DNA from: Raillietiella orientalis
Taxonomy: Eukaryota
Direction of reading: 5' to 3'
NCBI GenBank assembly: GCA_036172245.1
Contig: JAYWIR010000007.1
Location: forward strand, 496,001-560,000
DNA: 64,000 nucleotides
Both the position numbers and the translations under genes were made by a program. Under the pieces are notes generated by a model that was not told the origin of the DNA, searched no databases, and saw nothing but the letters and a program-made list of their open reading frames with translations. Within the stretch, counting starts at the first letter, position 1. Every line of letters begins with the position of its first letter. This document shows positions 26,600-39,838 of the stretch, in pieces.

Positions 26600-26827
26600 T
26601 TGGAGGCGTCCACCAGTGCTGCACCCGAATGGGCCAACCAGCGTCACCTGCGTGGGGGTAATCGAAACCCATGACGCATTCCCCGTTCTCGGCGTCGCCC
26701 CTTCCCGGGGCGGGATTCGAACCTGCCAGCGTCCCGGACGAGCGTCCTTCCCACCGGTTGACCCTGACGTTGGGCGAAGCGCTCCCTTCCGAATGCGCCG
26801 CTGGGCGCTTTCCGCTCGGCTAACGGC
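26600..26827 (-). mobile_element. tRNA-derived SINE-like element, copy 1
   Basis: Minus strand carries A-box-like TAGCCGAGCGG (~26812-26822) and B box GGTTCGAATCCC (26712-26723); the body aligns by eye with 31030-31160. Boundaries approximate. Confidence 0.6.
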
Positions 26828-29800
26828 GGAAGCTTGCGGGGGAGTGGGGGGCGGGCAGATGGGAGCCAACGCGTCCGTCAGTGACCCCGGGCTGCGACGG
26901 CGCTCGGGTCGGCCTCCCCCTCCTGCTCCCGGGCTGTCCTTGGCCAGGAGATGCGTCCAGTCGGACTCTCTCCTCGGAACTCCTGTGCCTGTCAACTTCC
27001 TGCGGTATCCAGGCACCGCGAGCGGATCTTCCTCCTCGCGGGCAAGGGGGACTTCACAGTGAGCCGATCTCCGCTCCCGCGCCGTCCTCTCTGTCACTGC
27101 TCCTTGGCGACGGCTCGGCGCGTCCAAAGGAAGGGACACCGACCTCCGCTCGAGTCCAGGGCCGATCCTGGCTTCTTAGGGGGGGAGCACTCTCGTGACG
27201 CCGTCGCCATCCCCGCACAAAACCCGCAGGTCACCGGCCGACGCGGCGCCGCATCGCTGCTCCACGGGACGTGCAGCGAAGCTTGCCATGACGACGGTCC
27301 TTTCAGCGCAGGGGATTTCCAGGGATTTCCAAGAGTCTCCAGGGATTCTCTCCAGCAGATGACCAATAATGCGTGATGTAAGGAACGTGGCATAAAGGGA
27401 GAGAGGGAGGGAGGAAAGGATAACGGAGATGCACCATGCGCGCTCAAACGGCGGCTCGGGAGATCGCATGGCCGGGTCGACAAGACGCGAGATGCGGGAT
27501 GGGGCACGCAGGCGACACGGGCGGTGGAAGCGCCAGGACGAAAGTAGCGCCTGAGGTCATCCATTTTTTTCGCGACGGGATTCGTCAAGAAAGGCGGAAA
27601 GAAAAGACCAGAGAAAAAGGGGTGAGGGAGGAGTGGAGGATGTGGGGAGGAATTCACGCGAGAGTTCAGGGACCAGTTGCGCCATCCCTGGAGTGCGCGC
27701 TCAGCTGCCTGCTCGCCACCACGAGCGTCCCCAGGTGAGCGGCTTTCTGATCACCCGCAGAGTTCCCGGGAACGTGAACACCGAGAGCACCAACACCCTC
27801 TCAGCTCACCCACTCAGGTTGCGCGTGCTCGCCCCCCTCCTCCGTCCATCCCACCACTCCCCTCCACGCTGCGGCCGAAGTGGCAGCGTGCGCGGGACTG
27901 GTTCGGTGAGCGCGCGTGTGCCGCCGCCCCGTGCCCCACGAACCACGAGGAGGAAGTTGGCGAGTGACGTCATCCTGGGGGGCCGCCGCTCCACTGCCTC
28001 TCACCCGAGCAAACGTGGACTCTTCCTTCCCCACCTTCCCCTTCTGATTCCCCGCTCGCCTGGCCCGGTGGCTCTCCGGGGCGATCAACGGAAGACTCTC
28101 GCCAGCTGTCCGGGCCGTCCCGCGGGACGGGATGAAGTCGCGAGGAGGGCCCTCGCTCAAAGGGCCACCCGAGAACCCGACCTGCCCGAAGTTTTGGGAA
28201 CGAAGTTCCCCTTTACTACAGTGCACGGGGAAAGAGGAAAAAAGAGGATTCCACCCGGCGGACCGGTACCGGGAGGCCGCACGGTTGACCCCGAGCGTGA
28301 CGCGGGCGACGGATGCTCGGCTCCCGACGGAAGCGCGTGGTCTCAGGCGCGCACGTGTCTTCCCGTCGGACGTTGGCCGAGCTTTGCTGCGCTGTTCCTA
28401 TCTAGCCCGCGTCTCGGCGGCAGGGGAAATCAGCAAGGCAACGGCAAACAGAAATCCAAATCAGATCGAAAAGAGGCTGCTGACCCCGGTACCAACGAGT
28501 AACGGTGGTAACGACTGCTTCTCGCTGCGGCTGGAGAAAATCGAACCAGCGAGTCCTGGAGCAGCGAGGGAAACCCAATAAACCTCCACCGTTCCCTTGC
28601 CCGATTGACGACGTGACTCGGGTTTTTTGCTTCGTCGCTTAAGAAGCGAACCGAGTGTCCCCGACCACGCTGGAGATCCGCCTCCGTTCCAGCACCCTCC
28701 CAGCTCTCTCTCTCTCTCTCTGTCTGCTTTCCCCCGACCCTGTCGCTTTTCGAGTGCTGCTGCAGGGAGCCTGGTTCTTCCCCCCTCCCTCTCTCGCCGA
28801 GCGAACCGCCGAATCCGACCGACAGAGAGCTCCCTTTCGCGCTTCCCGGCAGCCGACCATGAATCGCGTGAATTTCGTCCTCGTGACGATGCGTACGCGG
28901 GCCAGCAAGGGGCCAACGAACACATCTCGGCAGCAAGCAGGCCCCAAGCAAGGAGATCTCGTACGCGTGGACAGGAAAAAACGAGAGAGAACGAGTGATC
29001 CCGCGGAGAATTCTGCGGAGATTTAGCGCGCAGCGTGGCATCGCTCTCGCCGTTGTTACCTGGTTACTGCCCTCACTCGCCCGACGACGACTGCACACTC
29101 GGCCCGAATGGCTCCTGGATCTTCGAGGTTTCGGCCCCAAGCAATTCGTAATATACAGCTGTTTTTTTTTTTTTTTTCTTTCTCGTTCCCTTCTTCTTCT
29201 CCTTTCTTCCTCTTTGGAGCATGCTGATCGAAACACGAGATAATTCTTTCCGGTCACCCGACATGCAAATCGTCTCAAACACTTCTTCAGCCTATTAAAA
29301 AAGACCTGTGATTCAAAGTGTCGTGAGAACGCTGACGCACATCTGTGTTGAGACTGCAGCTCGTGCACGTGTCGTCCACCCCAGACGGCAGTCGTGCAGC
29401 CGACTGCCAAACCTTCTGCAAAGGGAACGCGGTTGCCCACGGTTCCCTCGTCTGCTCCCTGATGCGTCCCCTAGCAGGAAGGCCGGTTCCGGGGTCGTGT
29501 CAGGGTCCGCCCAAACTGCCGCGGAAAGATGGGCGAAAGCTCAAAGTTTTCGCGTAGAGCCTTGGATCTCGGTTCCATCTCCCTCCAGATCTTTGGTAGG
29601 GGAGCTGGCAGGGAGTCCGGAACGGTCAGCTTTTGTCTCGGACTGTTTGCCGCAAACAGCGCCGTCACCGACGACAGCAACCGAGTGGATTTCTTGAGCT
29701 TCCTCCTACGTGGCACTTTGCCTACCACCACGAAAACCGAGAGGGCGCGGAATTCCACGCTGCGATCCATCGTGTTCAGGAGGAACGGAGTCGTCTGCTT

Positions 29801-30999
29801 GCAATCCACGGCGGAGGAGAAACTCGTCTTCGGACAGGGGAAAACATCCTTTTTTAAAGAATTTCAGGATCGAGCGGGCAATAGATCCATCAGATCCTCG
29901 CGTTGCTGCGTGCGGCACGGGGAAGCCTTCCAAAGGGCCATTCGAAAACGGGCTTCAGCGGTGGGATCCATGAGGGAGGCGAGAGTGGGTGGAAACGTCG
30001 GCACCTTTCACCGGGCGGATGCTGCAGCGGCCTGGCCCTCTCCCCGTCAGAACTTCGATCCTACAGTCGAATGGTCCAGCACGCACGGCTGGCAGTTCCT
30101 CAGCTTTCTCTCTCTCCTAGCGTGTTCGGTTTCGAGGAAACGAAGCGGAGCACGCGGGCGATGGCAGGCGACATAAATCTCGGCGTTTCCTTCTGCTTCC
30201 CGAGTTGACTGGGGCCGCACACAAGGTTACTCCTTTCTTCGGATCCCTCATTATCCCTTTTTTGCGGAGCGCCTTTTCGTCCGAGATTTGCATCCCCTAG
30301 GTTGCAGCGCGTTTGTTCTTGAGGAAAAACACGCCATGGTGCCTGATCGTAAATGATCGCATCGTTATTGACTCGTAACGTGTAGTTTGGACTCCTCCAG
30401 ACAAAGAAATGTTCCCGTGGATGCCTGAATGCTCACGGACACATCTTTCTTTTCAGCTTGCATCCATCCTCTTCTTGAGCATCTCTCGCGAAAAAAAAAA
30501 GCCTCTCGCTTAATGATTCATGAGCGCAGCTGCAGTTTCGTCACGTACTCCGGCCCCGGTGCGCACGACATCCCCGAACGCTTAACTTCCGCGTAACATC
30601 CACCACTCGCCCTGCGTGGTGGCAGCTCCTTCCGGTTTTGGCTCGTTAAACGGTGCGTCGCTTTCGAAGGACGCAGGTGGGCCTCCGTGTGGCGAAAGGC
30701 GTCTTCGGGACGTCTTCGTGCGGTCAACGGGAATGGAAATCCCGGGACTTTGAACCCGCCGCAGCGCTTTTCCCGGCAGCTGACTTTGCCGCCGTGACCT
30801 TGTTTTATTTTCAGATCCTGGCGCTCCTCTTTTCGGCAAATGTTGCGGTCTTTCATCACTCCTGGTGGCCTGGGATTTGTATGTGTCCCGGCGCTACTTT
30901 TCACTCCTGGTAAGCGACTTCCGCATCCGCTCAGTCCTGTTTCGCCCGTCGCCCCCAAGCAGTCTTTTGGCGTTCCACGCTCTGTGCCCGTCAGTTCGC

Positions 31000-31190
31000 G
31001 TTGGCCTGCAGCGTGTGGACACGTTCTCGGTAGCGGGTTCGATTCCCACCCTGGAAGGGACCGATGACCGAGAACGCGGGGTACGTCGGGGGCTGGTAAC
31101 TCGAAAACCCCCAAGAGATGACTCTGGATCGCCTACTCGGGTGCGGCACTGGTTGACACCCGGTCACGCCAGGGCATTTATTTATAAAAA
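31000..31190 (+). mobile_element. tRNA-derived SINE-like element, copy 2 (5' degenerate)
   Basis: B box GGTTCGATTCCC at 31036-31047 followed by CCGAGAACG...ACCCCCA...TCGGGTGCGGCACTGGT shared with copy 1; ends in an A/T-rich tail. Confidence 0.55.
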
Positions 31191-31900
31191 ATAAACACCT
31201 GTGGCAGGACGTTTGATCCCGTTACTCACAACTACGAGAAGGAACCCGCCGGGAACCGACACGCAGGCCAGCAGGGCTCGCCTCTGCAGCACAGGGGAAA
31301 GGGAGACAAACAAAAAGAAAAATAAAACAACAAACGCACAGCCAAAAAATGAGGGGGGTCGGGAAGGGATCTCCGGGTGCTGGAGGGAAATCTCTGCATC
31401 CTTGTAAGGATGCCGGCAAGTTCCTGTTTTATGGTTCCCAGATGGGGCCATCTTGACGCTGTCCTCATGAAGAGGACAGCAAAATGGATGGAGTCCCTGT
31501 CGTTCTGGCCTCCTCTGGTGCTGCTCCATGCAGCCGCGATCCCGCGTGGGCGGCAAAATGCTGGTAGGGATGCGGCCTGCCAGCGTGTCGGCGTCTCGCA
31601 GGAAGAGGCGCTTTGGAACGTCTCTGGCATCGCCGTCGGGGGTTCCAAGGGTCGCTTCAAAGTGTCCCCAAAGCGGCCGGAGGGCAACACAGTCCACTAG
31701 GAGGTGCAGGAGGGATTCCCACTCCCCGCACCTTGAACAGTTCAGATACACCCCTCCCCCCCGTGTCCAATGATCCCAGTGGGTGTTGCACGAGAGGCCC
31801 CAGTGCAGTAGCATCAACGCCGACCCCTATCTCTTAAAGAGGAAGGTGAGGGTATTTTCACAAGCAACGGGTGCCACTGCGCTGGTCCTCATGAACACTG
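31180..31900 (-). mobile_element. 5'-truncated L1/Tx1-like non-LTR retrotransposon, 3' fragment, copy 1
   Basis: LHWGLSCN...NCSRCGEWESLLHLLVDCVALRPLW (CCHC zinc knuckle typical of the ORF2 C-terminus), then a T-rich 3'UTR shared with copies 2 and 3. Boundaries approximate. Confidence 0.7.
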
Positions 31901-33854
31901 GCAGGTGCGGCACTGGTGGAAGCCGGAAACTCCCGGATTGTCCCAGTTGATTGGTCGAGATTGGAAGTGGGGTCCTTCCAGGGATCGAGGGGACATTCCT
32001 CTGCAGGGAAGTCAACCCCCTCAGCTCGGGGGACATCCTCCATCGCGTGTCAGGTAGTTAGCTGATTGATACTTCAAAGAAGCGCGCTGCTCCCTTCGGA
32101 GAATAGGAGAAGGAAACAGGGTGCGGCTCCCCCTAAGGTGGTGCTCAAGGAGTTTCGTCAGCACCCCCCTCCCCCTCCCCCACCCGGAAAAGAAAAAAAA
32201 AGGTCGAGAACGGGGCGCTTGCAGGCTCGACGCTTTTTAAGGAGTGCCGCCACCTCTCTCGGTTTCTGCGGTGACCTCTCTTTTCGAAGGATCCCTTCCC
32301 CCGTGGGGTTCGGAAAGGTCCCACCCAGGCTAACCACATCTCGGCTTGGAAACAGAACGTTGTCGCTCTCACTGGGCCTTCCCTTCCGGAATATGGGAGA
32401 CTCCGGTATAAACAGGCGATTGATTTGCGCCGTGCCATCCTCGAGACGCGGTCAATTAGCGGGAAGCACTCTGCCACCAGGACGGTGCTCCTGTGGTGCG
32501 AAGATGGGGAGGGGCGGGGGAAGAGGGGAAGCACCGGCAGAACTTCACGCTGGTCGAAAACGCCCAGCAGGGTCGCCGGCTGGAAGGGTCACAGAGCCAC
32601 GGACGGGGGTCTTTCGTGTGCTCCTCCACTCCCGCCATTCGAAGGAGAGCGGCGCGGGCAACCCTAGAGTCGGTGCTCTCCGTCGTGAGGACTCGCGTCG
32701 CCCGCAGTTGCCGGAGGCCATTGCGCTGTCAGCAGTCGTACCGTCGCGTCGTCCGGTTTCTCTCCAGGGTTTCCGGCCTCCGCGGGGAAGGTTCGCGGCG
32801 GAAGAGTGGCGTGCCCTTCCTCTTCCGGGGTGCGAGCGCGCGGCATCCTTGGCGTTCGTCCCTACTTTCCTTGGCGCTACGCCTCGCTCGTTTCCCGCCG
32901 TATGTTCTTGGCGCACCGTCTTGCGCAGTCGTGCTTGCTATGGATTCCCGTTTCCAGTCGGAGCGGCGCGACATCCCTGTTGTTCTTGGGATCTCTCCTT
33001 CCCTCCACCAGAGATTTATGGGAGCAAACCCTTGAGCTGGATTTCGATTCTGTTTTCGGTTTCTCACTGCGTGCTTCTGCGATTCCATCGCCTTCACTGT
33101 TTAAGGGTCACGTCCTGGAGGTCACGCAGTTCGTGGTCCCCGTCTTCAATCCGCGTTTTCCCACCTCATCTTCGTTTCTGCCTGCTTCTGCTGCATAGGG
33201 AATTCGTCCGCGAGAGCGCATGAAGCCGCAAGCGGGTCGGGAGCCACCCGAGGAGCTTGCAAGAGCCGCTGCCCTCGCCTGGAAGCCGTAGGAACGTTAT
33301 TCCTGGACGCCTCCTGAGCCGCTCTTTCGCTTTCCCTGTTCCAGGCTCCTCGGGCAGCTACTCCGAGTGTCTTCCCACTCCTCCTCTCCTCCCCGGAGCG
33401 GAGAAAGCGCTCTCTGCTCCGCGAAAGGCGCTGGCCTCGGGTCCGCACCCGCGCGCCTGGGGCGGCGCTGGTGGGGGAGTCGTCTTTCGCGCTCACGGTC
33501 AGAGGTCAGCGGGGGACTCCGGAGAGCGCTGCGCGGCGGCCGGGAACCTCAGCCGAGTCGCCGGACCGGCTCCTCGGAGGTTCATCGTCCCCCGGCAGTG
33601 GGCGCGTGACCTGCGCACCAATTGGGTCCGCACAGATTACGAGCGAGGAGAGAGGTCAAAGGAAGCATCCACACGGACTTCCACGCGCGCGCGCCCAAGG
33701 GCGATCCACGCACAGACGGGGGTGGCCTACACGTCTGGAATCCGGTCCGACTCACGGAAGGGTTCCCGTGAGGCGCTCACGACCACCGCGCGCGCGCTGC
33801 CGGCGGCTGATTAAGGAAGATCACCCGGATGCTCCGGAACGTTTATTCCAAATA

Positions 33855-34220
33855 CAGTGGTACCTCGGTACTCGACGGTGTCAGAACTCGTCAAACTGAG
33901 TACACGTCGCGTTTTGACGAAGAAAAATGTTTCGACACTCGGCGCATGCTCGGAACTCAACACCCTACTCTCATGATGAAACGAGTGAACGCTTCAGTCT
34001 CATGGTAGCTCGCGAACAGTACCAAACACTTCCATAAAGTGCGTCCCGAATCGTTCCTTTTTTTGTGTGCTTTCTGCGCGTTTTAAGCGTTAATCGTGGG
34101 TCTTGAAATGGTTAAAAATGATACCAAGAAACCTAGCAAGGAGCTCGTTCGGTTCTCGTCGGTTTCGACACTCCTCACGAGTTCCGGAACCAATTGCCGA
34201 CAAGTGCCCAGGTACCACTG
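33855..34220. mobile_element. pogo/Tigger-like (Tc1/mariner superfamily) MITE, 366 bp
   Basis: TIRs CAGTGGTACCTCGGTACTCGACGG / CAGTGGTACCTGGGCACTTGTCGG (20 of 24 match), flanked by TA at 33853-33854 and 34221-34222; AT-richer interior with no transposase. Confidence 0.85.
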
Positions 34221-34279
34221 TAAAAATAAACATTCACAATCGCCGTGGCTGAACTGGTGGTCCATCCACTTTCTTTTCA

Positions 34280-34990
34280 GAACAATCCTGCCGCATTACC
34301 GTTGCGCAGACCGGTGGGTTCCTCCACGGCAGCAGAGGGGATAGAGGGCAAACAAAAACAAACAAAAATAAAAATAAATTTGGAGGGGGACAGGCAGATA
34401 CGGGAAGGGATCATGCCCTTCTGGGTTCGGTCCCCTGCGTCCTTTGGAGGATACTGGCATGCTCTTGATGCATGTTGTTTTCCAGATGGGATCATCTCAT
34501 TGCTGTCCCGATGAAACAGGCGGCGGAGTTGATGTGGCACCCCTGTCTCTGCGTCCTCTTGCGTCGCTTCAGGCGGCGATGATCCCGCGCAGGCAGCGAA
34601 GAGCTGCTGCTAGGGAGGTTACTGGACGAAGGGCTTCGCGTAAGAGGGGGCCTTACAGCGTCTCTGGAGTTGCCTCCGGGGGTACCTGGGATCTCTGGAA
34701 AGAGTTCCCAGAGAAGTCGGAAGACAACAACACAATCTACGAGCAGGTGCGGGAGGGATTGTCTCTCCCTAAACCTGGCACAGTTCGGGCTCACTCCCCT
34801 TTCTCTATGTCCAGTGACGCCAGCGGCCGTTGCACGCGAGACCCCGGTACAGCAGCAGCAGCAGCGCCAACTACTGCCACTTTGACGGGAGGGTGTGGGT
34901 GTCCAAGAGCACTAGGGGTCACTGCAGGTCTCCCTCCTCCGGAACACCCAGTGGCTCGCCCAAGTGCAAAAGTCCACTGGGGGTCGCAGC
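34280..34990 (-). mobile_element. L1/Tx1-like 3' fragment, copy 2 (degenerate)
   Basis: PNCARFRERQSLPHLLVDCVVVFRLLW and a 3'UTR (T-run, CCCTCTGCTGCCG..CACCGGTCTGCGCA) matching copy 3. Boundaries approximate. Confidence 0.7.
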
Positions 34991-36406
34991 GTCGGTGAGC
35001 CGGACCGTCGTCCACTCAGTCCTTTCCTCTTTCCAGAGATACACCAACGTCCCATCTAGCCGGAAGGCTGCTGCACGTGTGTTCCTTGGGAGAGGGCAGC
35101 GCTGCGGCGAGGGAGGTTCTTCCTTCCCGTGCATTCTTCACGGGACGTTCCAGGATCTCCGGAGCGAGCGGTAATTGTAGGGCCTGTACAGAGAAGGTCG
35201 TGCACACGAAGGTGTAGGAAGGAGGGGACGGAAGAGCTCCTCCTTGCTCCTCCTCCGCCGTCTTCTGCAGCCCCGCCTCCCACTCCTCCCTGGCCGCCTC
35301 CGGGCGCGGGGGACCCGGTGAAGTTCCTCGCTCCCGGTGGAAGAGGAGGAGATGCCCCCGCGGATGACCTCTCCTTCCGGTTCCGGGGTCGGAGACCTCC
35401 TGAGCTCCGCTTTGTTCCTGACTCCGCGCAACCGGCATTCCGGAGGAGGGCGGCGTCTTCTCCTCGATTCCTTCGGGATCTCGGGGAAGCTCCTCCCGCT
35501 TTCGTCTGGCCCGTCCTGGAGATCGGGTTTCTCGAGCGGATGCTCCTCCGCTGCTCCGTTGAGAGCAGCGCTCGGTCCACGTGCGTAGCCAGATGGTCTC
35601 ACGGCAGTCACAAGACGCGAGCGGCTCGTTGGCTTCGGCGCCTCCGGCGCACTGGTCTTCTAAGAGGGGGAGTCAACCTTCGACCCTAATTCGGGGTGCC
35701 ACTGCGCGGGACTGCCGGCGGCAGGAGGTCCGTCCGTTTTCCGGGACTCCTTCCCCCCTCCCCTCCCCCGAATTTGTTATCCTTCTCCCAGGACACGTGC
35801 GCGCAGCCATCTCCTTCGCGTGTGCACGAGCAGGTTGCGCGGCTCTGAGGTTCCCCTCCTCCTTCCCCTGAGGGAAGAAAAGCGCCTCTCCCTGCTGCCA
35901 ACGGGAGGCGAAGAGCGACGCGACGTCCCCTTCCTCATCGGTCATCTCTCGACTCACGGAGCCGCTTCCCCAGGAGGACTCCTCCGCGCTCGCCGCGTGG
36001 CGCTAAGGGGGAAGGTGTCCACGCCCGCCATCGGCGCGCTTAAGGAAAACAAGGAGGAGGAGGGAGACATGACTCCTGACACTCTTGACTCGCAGCGCGA
36101 CACCGGGAAGGATGAGGGAACTGGCCGCGCGTTCCGGGGGTCAGCAAGATGCCGTGGCGCTCCCAGCGGAGGCGAGTTCATTCCGGACACGTGCACCCCT
36201 TCCTGATTGGCCGGCGCAGCGTGCGGCTGCAGGCCCGGCTGCGCCACGTCTAGCGCTGCGGAGATGCGGCGGTGCCGCGGAGAGGGGGGGGGGTCGAGAG
36301 CTCCGCCCTGTCCATCCGATCGCGCGTGCGGCGGTCTGCCTCCGTCCGAGCGCGCGCACGCGCGCAGGACGCTGGCGGACGGGTGGCGGGCTCTGCAGGA
36401 GCGAGG

Positions 36407-37271
36407 ATGGCTGCGGCGCAGCGGTGGTGCTGCTGCCTTACCGTGGCTTGGATCGCCTGGTGGTGCCCCGTGGAGGCCGTCATCCACAACCCACTGCAGG
36501 CCTCCTGGCAGTGGGACTCCATCTCTATCACCAACCTTCTGAGTTTGCCGCAGTTCGACGAGCGGGACCAGCTGGTCCGGAGGCTGGGCAGCGTCACCAT
36601 CCGCTTCACGACGAGCGTCAGTCTCGGCACATTGCTCAACAATACCAAGCTGCTGGAGCTGGGAAGGAGGAGGAGGTGAGAGGGCGCTCAAGAGGGAGGG
36701 AGGGGGAGCAACGCCTCTCCTCCTCCACCTCTCGCTGCCTGCGCTCCCCGAGAACCCGCTCTCTCCAGGCGCGACGTCGGAAGCGACTACGGGAGGGCCA
36801 TGGAGCAGGTGGAGGACCTCCTCAGTTCTGTTGGGCTGGATGGTAGGAACTGCGTCCTGCGACTCATCTGCGAGCTCCAGGAGTACTCGGTCGGCTCCAG
36901 GTCCTTCCTCGGGGAGCTGCTCCACGAGTTCTTCACGTGAGTTGCGACTGGAGGGCTCACGTGAGGGCGGGGGAGAGAAGGAAGAGGAGGAGGAAGAGTA
37001 AAGGGGGTGTGGGAGAGCGAGAAGCTAGGAGGGAGGGCGGCGACCTCCTTTTTCCCCCCTCCTCCTTCCTCCCCGCGAAGTCACGACTCCTTCCAGGCCG
37101 ACGACTCACCTCTGCCGCAGCAGTCACGAACACTGCAGGGCGAAGAGGCTCGGGGAGAGCCGCAGTCCCCCCTCCTGCGGTACCTCCTTCCGGAAGTGCC
37201 CGCTGTCTATCTGGAATCTGCTCCAGCACGTCCGGAGCGCGAGGGCATCCTCGTCGCGCCTTCCGCAATAA
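36407..37271 (+). CDS. Secreted DM4/DM12-domain protein B (subtype 1); join(36407..36675,36769..36936,37097..37271), 203 aa
   Basis: Signal peptide (CCCLTVAWIAWWCPVEA); core VEDLLSSVGLDGRNCVLRLICELQ...FLGELLHEFFT; C-terminal SCGTSFRKCPLS; AATAAA overlaps the stop codon. Confidence 0.88.
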
Positions 37272-37825
37272 AAAAAGTCTTGCCAGTAGGGAAGCAGAGC
37301 CGAACCTGGGAGCGTCCTTTCCGGGAACGATCCAGGAAGCAGGAACGGAGAGGTCGGGAAGGGGAAGACGGTCTCGCGCCTGTCAGTGGCCCCGGAAGTG
37401 CCCCCCCGCCCTCTGTGGACGGCCGTGCGTTTCCGGGAGCAAGGATGGATTTCGGGAGAGAGATGGATTCCCTTCGGTGGTTTCCTTCCGGCGATGTCCT
37501 TGGAATGGTTCCCTCTCCTCACTGCTTCTTCCTGCGAGCGCCCTCGAACGGAGGAGAGGAACGCGGCGGAAACGCCCCTCTCCGGCCCGGGAACGCTCGG
37601 GGCGGCGCGCGCGAAAACAGCGTCGCTCCCCTGTCCGCCGACCCCGTGTCTCCCCTCTCTCGACCTCGGTGAATAGGAAAGGGGGCGAGAAGGAACGCCT
37701 CTTTCCCTCCCTCCCTACTTCCCACCCTCCCAGGCAGGCGAACGACCCCATCGGCAGCGTCCATCCCAGGCTGCTGCTTTATTCGTGCGCTTCTTCTCCA
37801 GGGTGGTGGCGCCTCGAGGTCGCCG

Positions 37826-39065
37826 CTACGGGCCGCAGGTCTGCTGCTGACTGTAAGCGGCGGCATATCTCGCGTAGTCCTCCAGGCTGGAGATGGACAG
37901 GGGGCAGCCTCGGTAGACCTTCCGGCAGGACGTTGCTCCCGTCCCCGCGGACTTTGCCTCTGCGTAATCCCCGGAGCTTCCCGTCGGCCTACGGAACGAC
38001 TCATCCCTGTCGGCCGCCCCAGCAGGCGCGAGCCCGCGGCAAGGACGGGACTCACGATAGGATAACGGAGAGCAGGCGGCCAAGGAATGACCTCTCTGCC
38101 AGGCGGTGCTGCTGCGCCTCGCAGACCAGGCGCAGCACGCAACTCCTCCCGCGGAACCCCATCTCGCTGAGGGCCCGAGCGATCCGGCCCAACACCAGGA
38201 TCTCGTCTTGGAAGGCGCTCCTGCGGAAGAACAGGAGGAATAGTTGGGAGGGAGAAAGGTCGGGAGTCACGCCTCGGAGGCTGTTGTCGAGAGCCCCCTG
38301 GTCGGGTGCCTACGCTCCAGCAGTGGAGGGGCGACGCTCCCTTCGCGCGCTTTCGCCAACATAGCCGAGCCGGACGCTGCCTCGTTGCCGCCCTTTGGAT
38401 GGCGTCATCGGCAGGGAGGGGTCGCCGCAGGCAGAGTCACACCAGCGGTGCCACGACTGCCACCGACGCTCCCGTGGGTTCGGATCTTTGACATCGGCGC
38501 TGCGGTTGGGGAAAGAATTCGCCCCACCATGTGGATGACGTCATCTCGCTGGGATGCTGCCGCGCCATGACCGAGGCTAGAGCGTTCGACAGCCCCACCT
38601 TGGGCCTCCTCCTTCCTCCCGACGTGAGTCCGGAGCTTTGCTTGCCCGACCCCCTCTTACCTGCCCAGATTGAGGAAGACGCTGTTGTTCATGGCCTGCA
38701 GCATGTCCACGTAGATGGGGAACTCCATAGACAGCGCCCCGATGAGCTTGTAGGCGCCGTCCACTTGCGTAAAGGACGGCACGTGGATTTTGTTCTCGAA
38801 CCTCAGCGTCGCCAGGCGCATTGTTGCCAGCAGGGGGTCGATCCTGGTGGCCGGGTCCCACTCGCCTCCCGCGCGCCCCAGCAGGAGGCACGCAACGACA
38901 GTCGCCGCCGCTGCCGCCGAGCTGCCGCCTCTGTAAGGAGTCGTCGGTGGAGGAGCGGACGGCGAGGAACAGGACGGCTTCCGCTCCCTCCCGTTCCGCC
39001 CCTGGGAAGACTCACCTCCCAGCCGGGATCTCTCGCGCTGCCGCCGAGGGCCAGCGGTGCACCAT
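37826..39065 (-). CDS. Secreted DM4/DM12-domain protein C (subtype 1); complement(join(37826..37988,38056..38220,38661..38930,39016..39065)), 215 aa
   Basis: Core ALSEMGFRGRSCVLRLVCEAQ...FLGRLLSVILS; last exon DYAEAKSAG...SCRKVYRGCPLS; hydrophobic leader AAAAATVVACLLLGRAGG; minus-strand AATAAA at 37778-37783. First exon less certain. Confidence 0.85.
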
Positions 39066-39838
39066 CGTGCTAAGGGAAACCAAATCTCGGAGTCTACAGA
39101 TCTCCGGTCCCCTCATGCTGGAAGCGCCGGCCAGCCTAGGGCGCATCTGCTCTGCTCCTCACGTCAGGGGAGAGAAGCGGAAGGGGAGAGAAGGGAGCGC
39201 CCCTCTCTCCCCTGCCGCTTCCCTTTCCGATCGCGATGGCCCAGTCGGCCCGCGCTCTTCTTCCCCTGCCTGCATATCCGCTCCGCTCTTCTTCCGGGTC
39301 GAAGTCCGTCCATCGCCACGGGCCGCGTGGAGTTCGCCGCAGCGTCCGACCGGCAGGAGCCCAAGCCCGCTGCTGCCGTCCGGCAAAAAGCAGCCCGCTG
39401 CCCCTTTGGAAGCGCATTTTCCCCCCGTGTTTCCCGGTAAGCCTGAGGAAGGGGGCAGGGGGGAAGTCCCGGCTCCCGTTTCCCTCCACCCTCCCTTCTT
39501 CCTCTTCCTCCTGCCGAACGACTCACGTTCGTTGCCTCCTGTCTCCCCGCAGTCCCACTCCTCGATCCGTCTCCAGGTAGGGGTCAGACCACGAGGTGGT
39601 CTTCTATCATTCCTCCTTGGACCGGGCACCGTCTCCGCGGATCCGACTCGGCACTTCCCGCGGAAAGGAGAGGTTGTCGAGGAGGTTCACAGCGCACATG
39701 CGCAGAGTGGCGGGGCGAGCGCGAAGTCAGCGATTTTTAAAGGTCCCCTCTTCCTCCCCCCCCTTCTTTCCCGTCCACCTCCCCGCGTTTCCCAGGTGCG
39801 ATTCCCGAATCTCTAAACTTCTAGCAGCGCCTGACGCC

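Noticed and set aside
35500..35600. FLERMLLRCSVES, superficially like a DM4/DM12 core
   Set aside because: Lacks CxxRxxC spacing and the flanking phase-2 splice sites.
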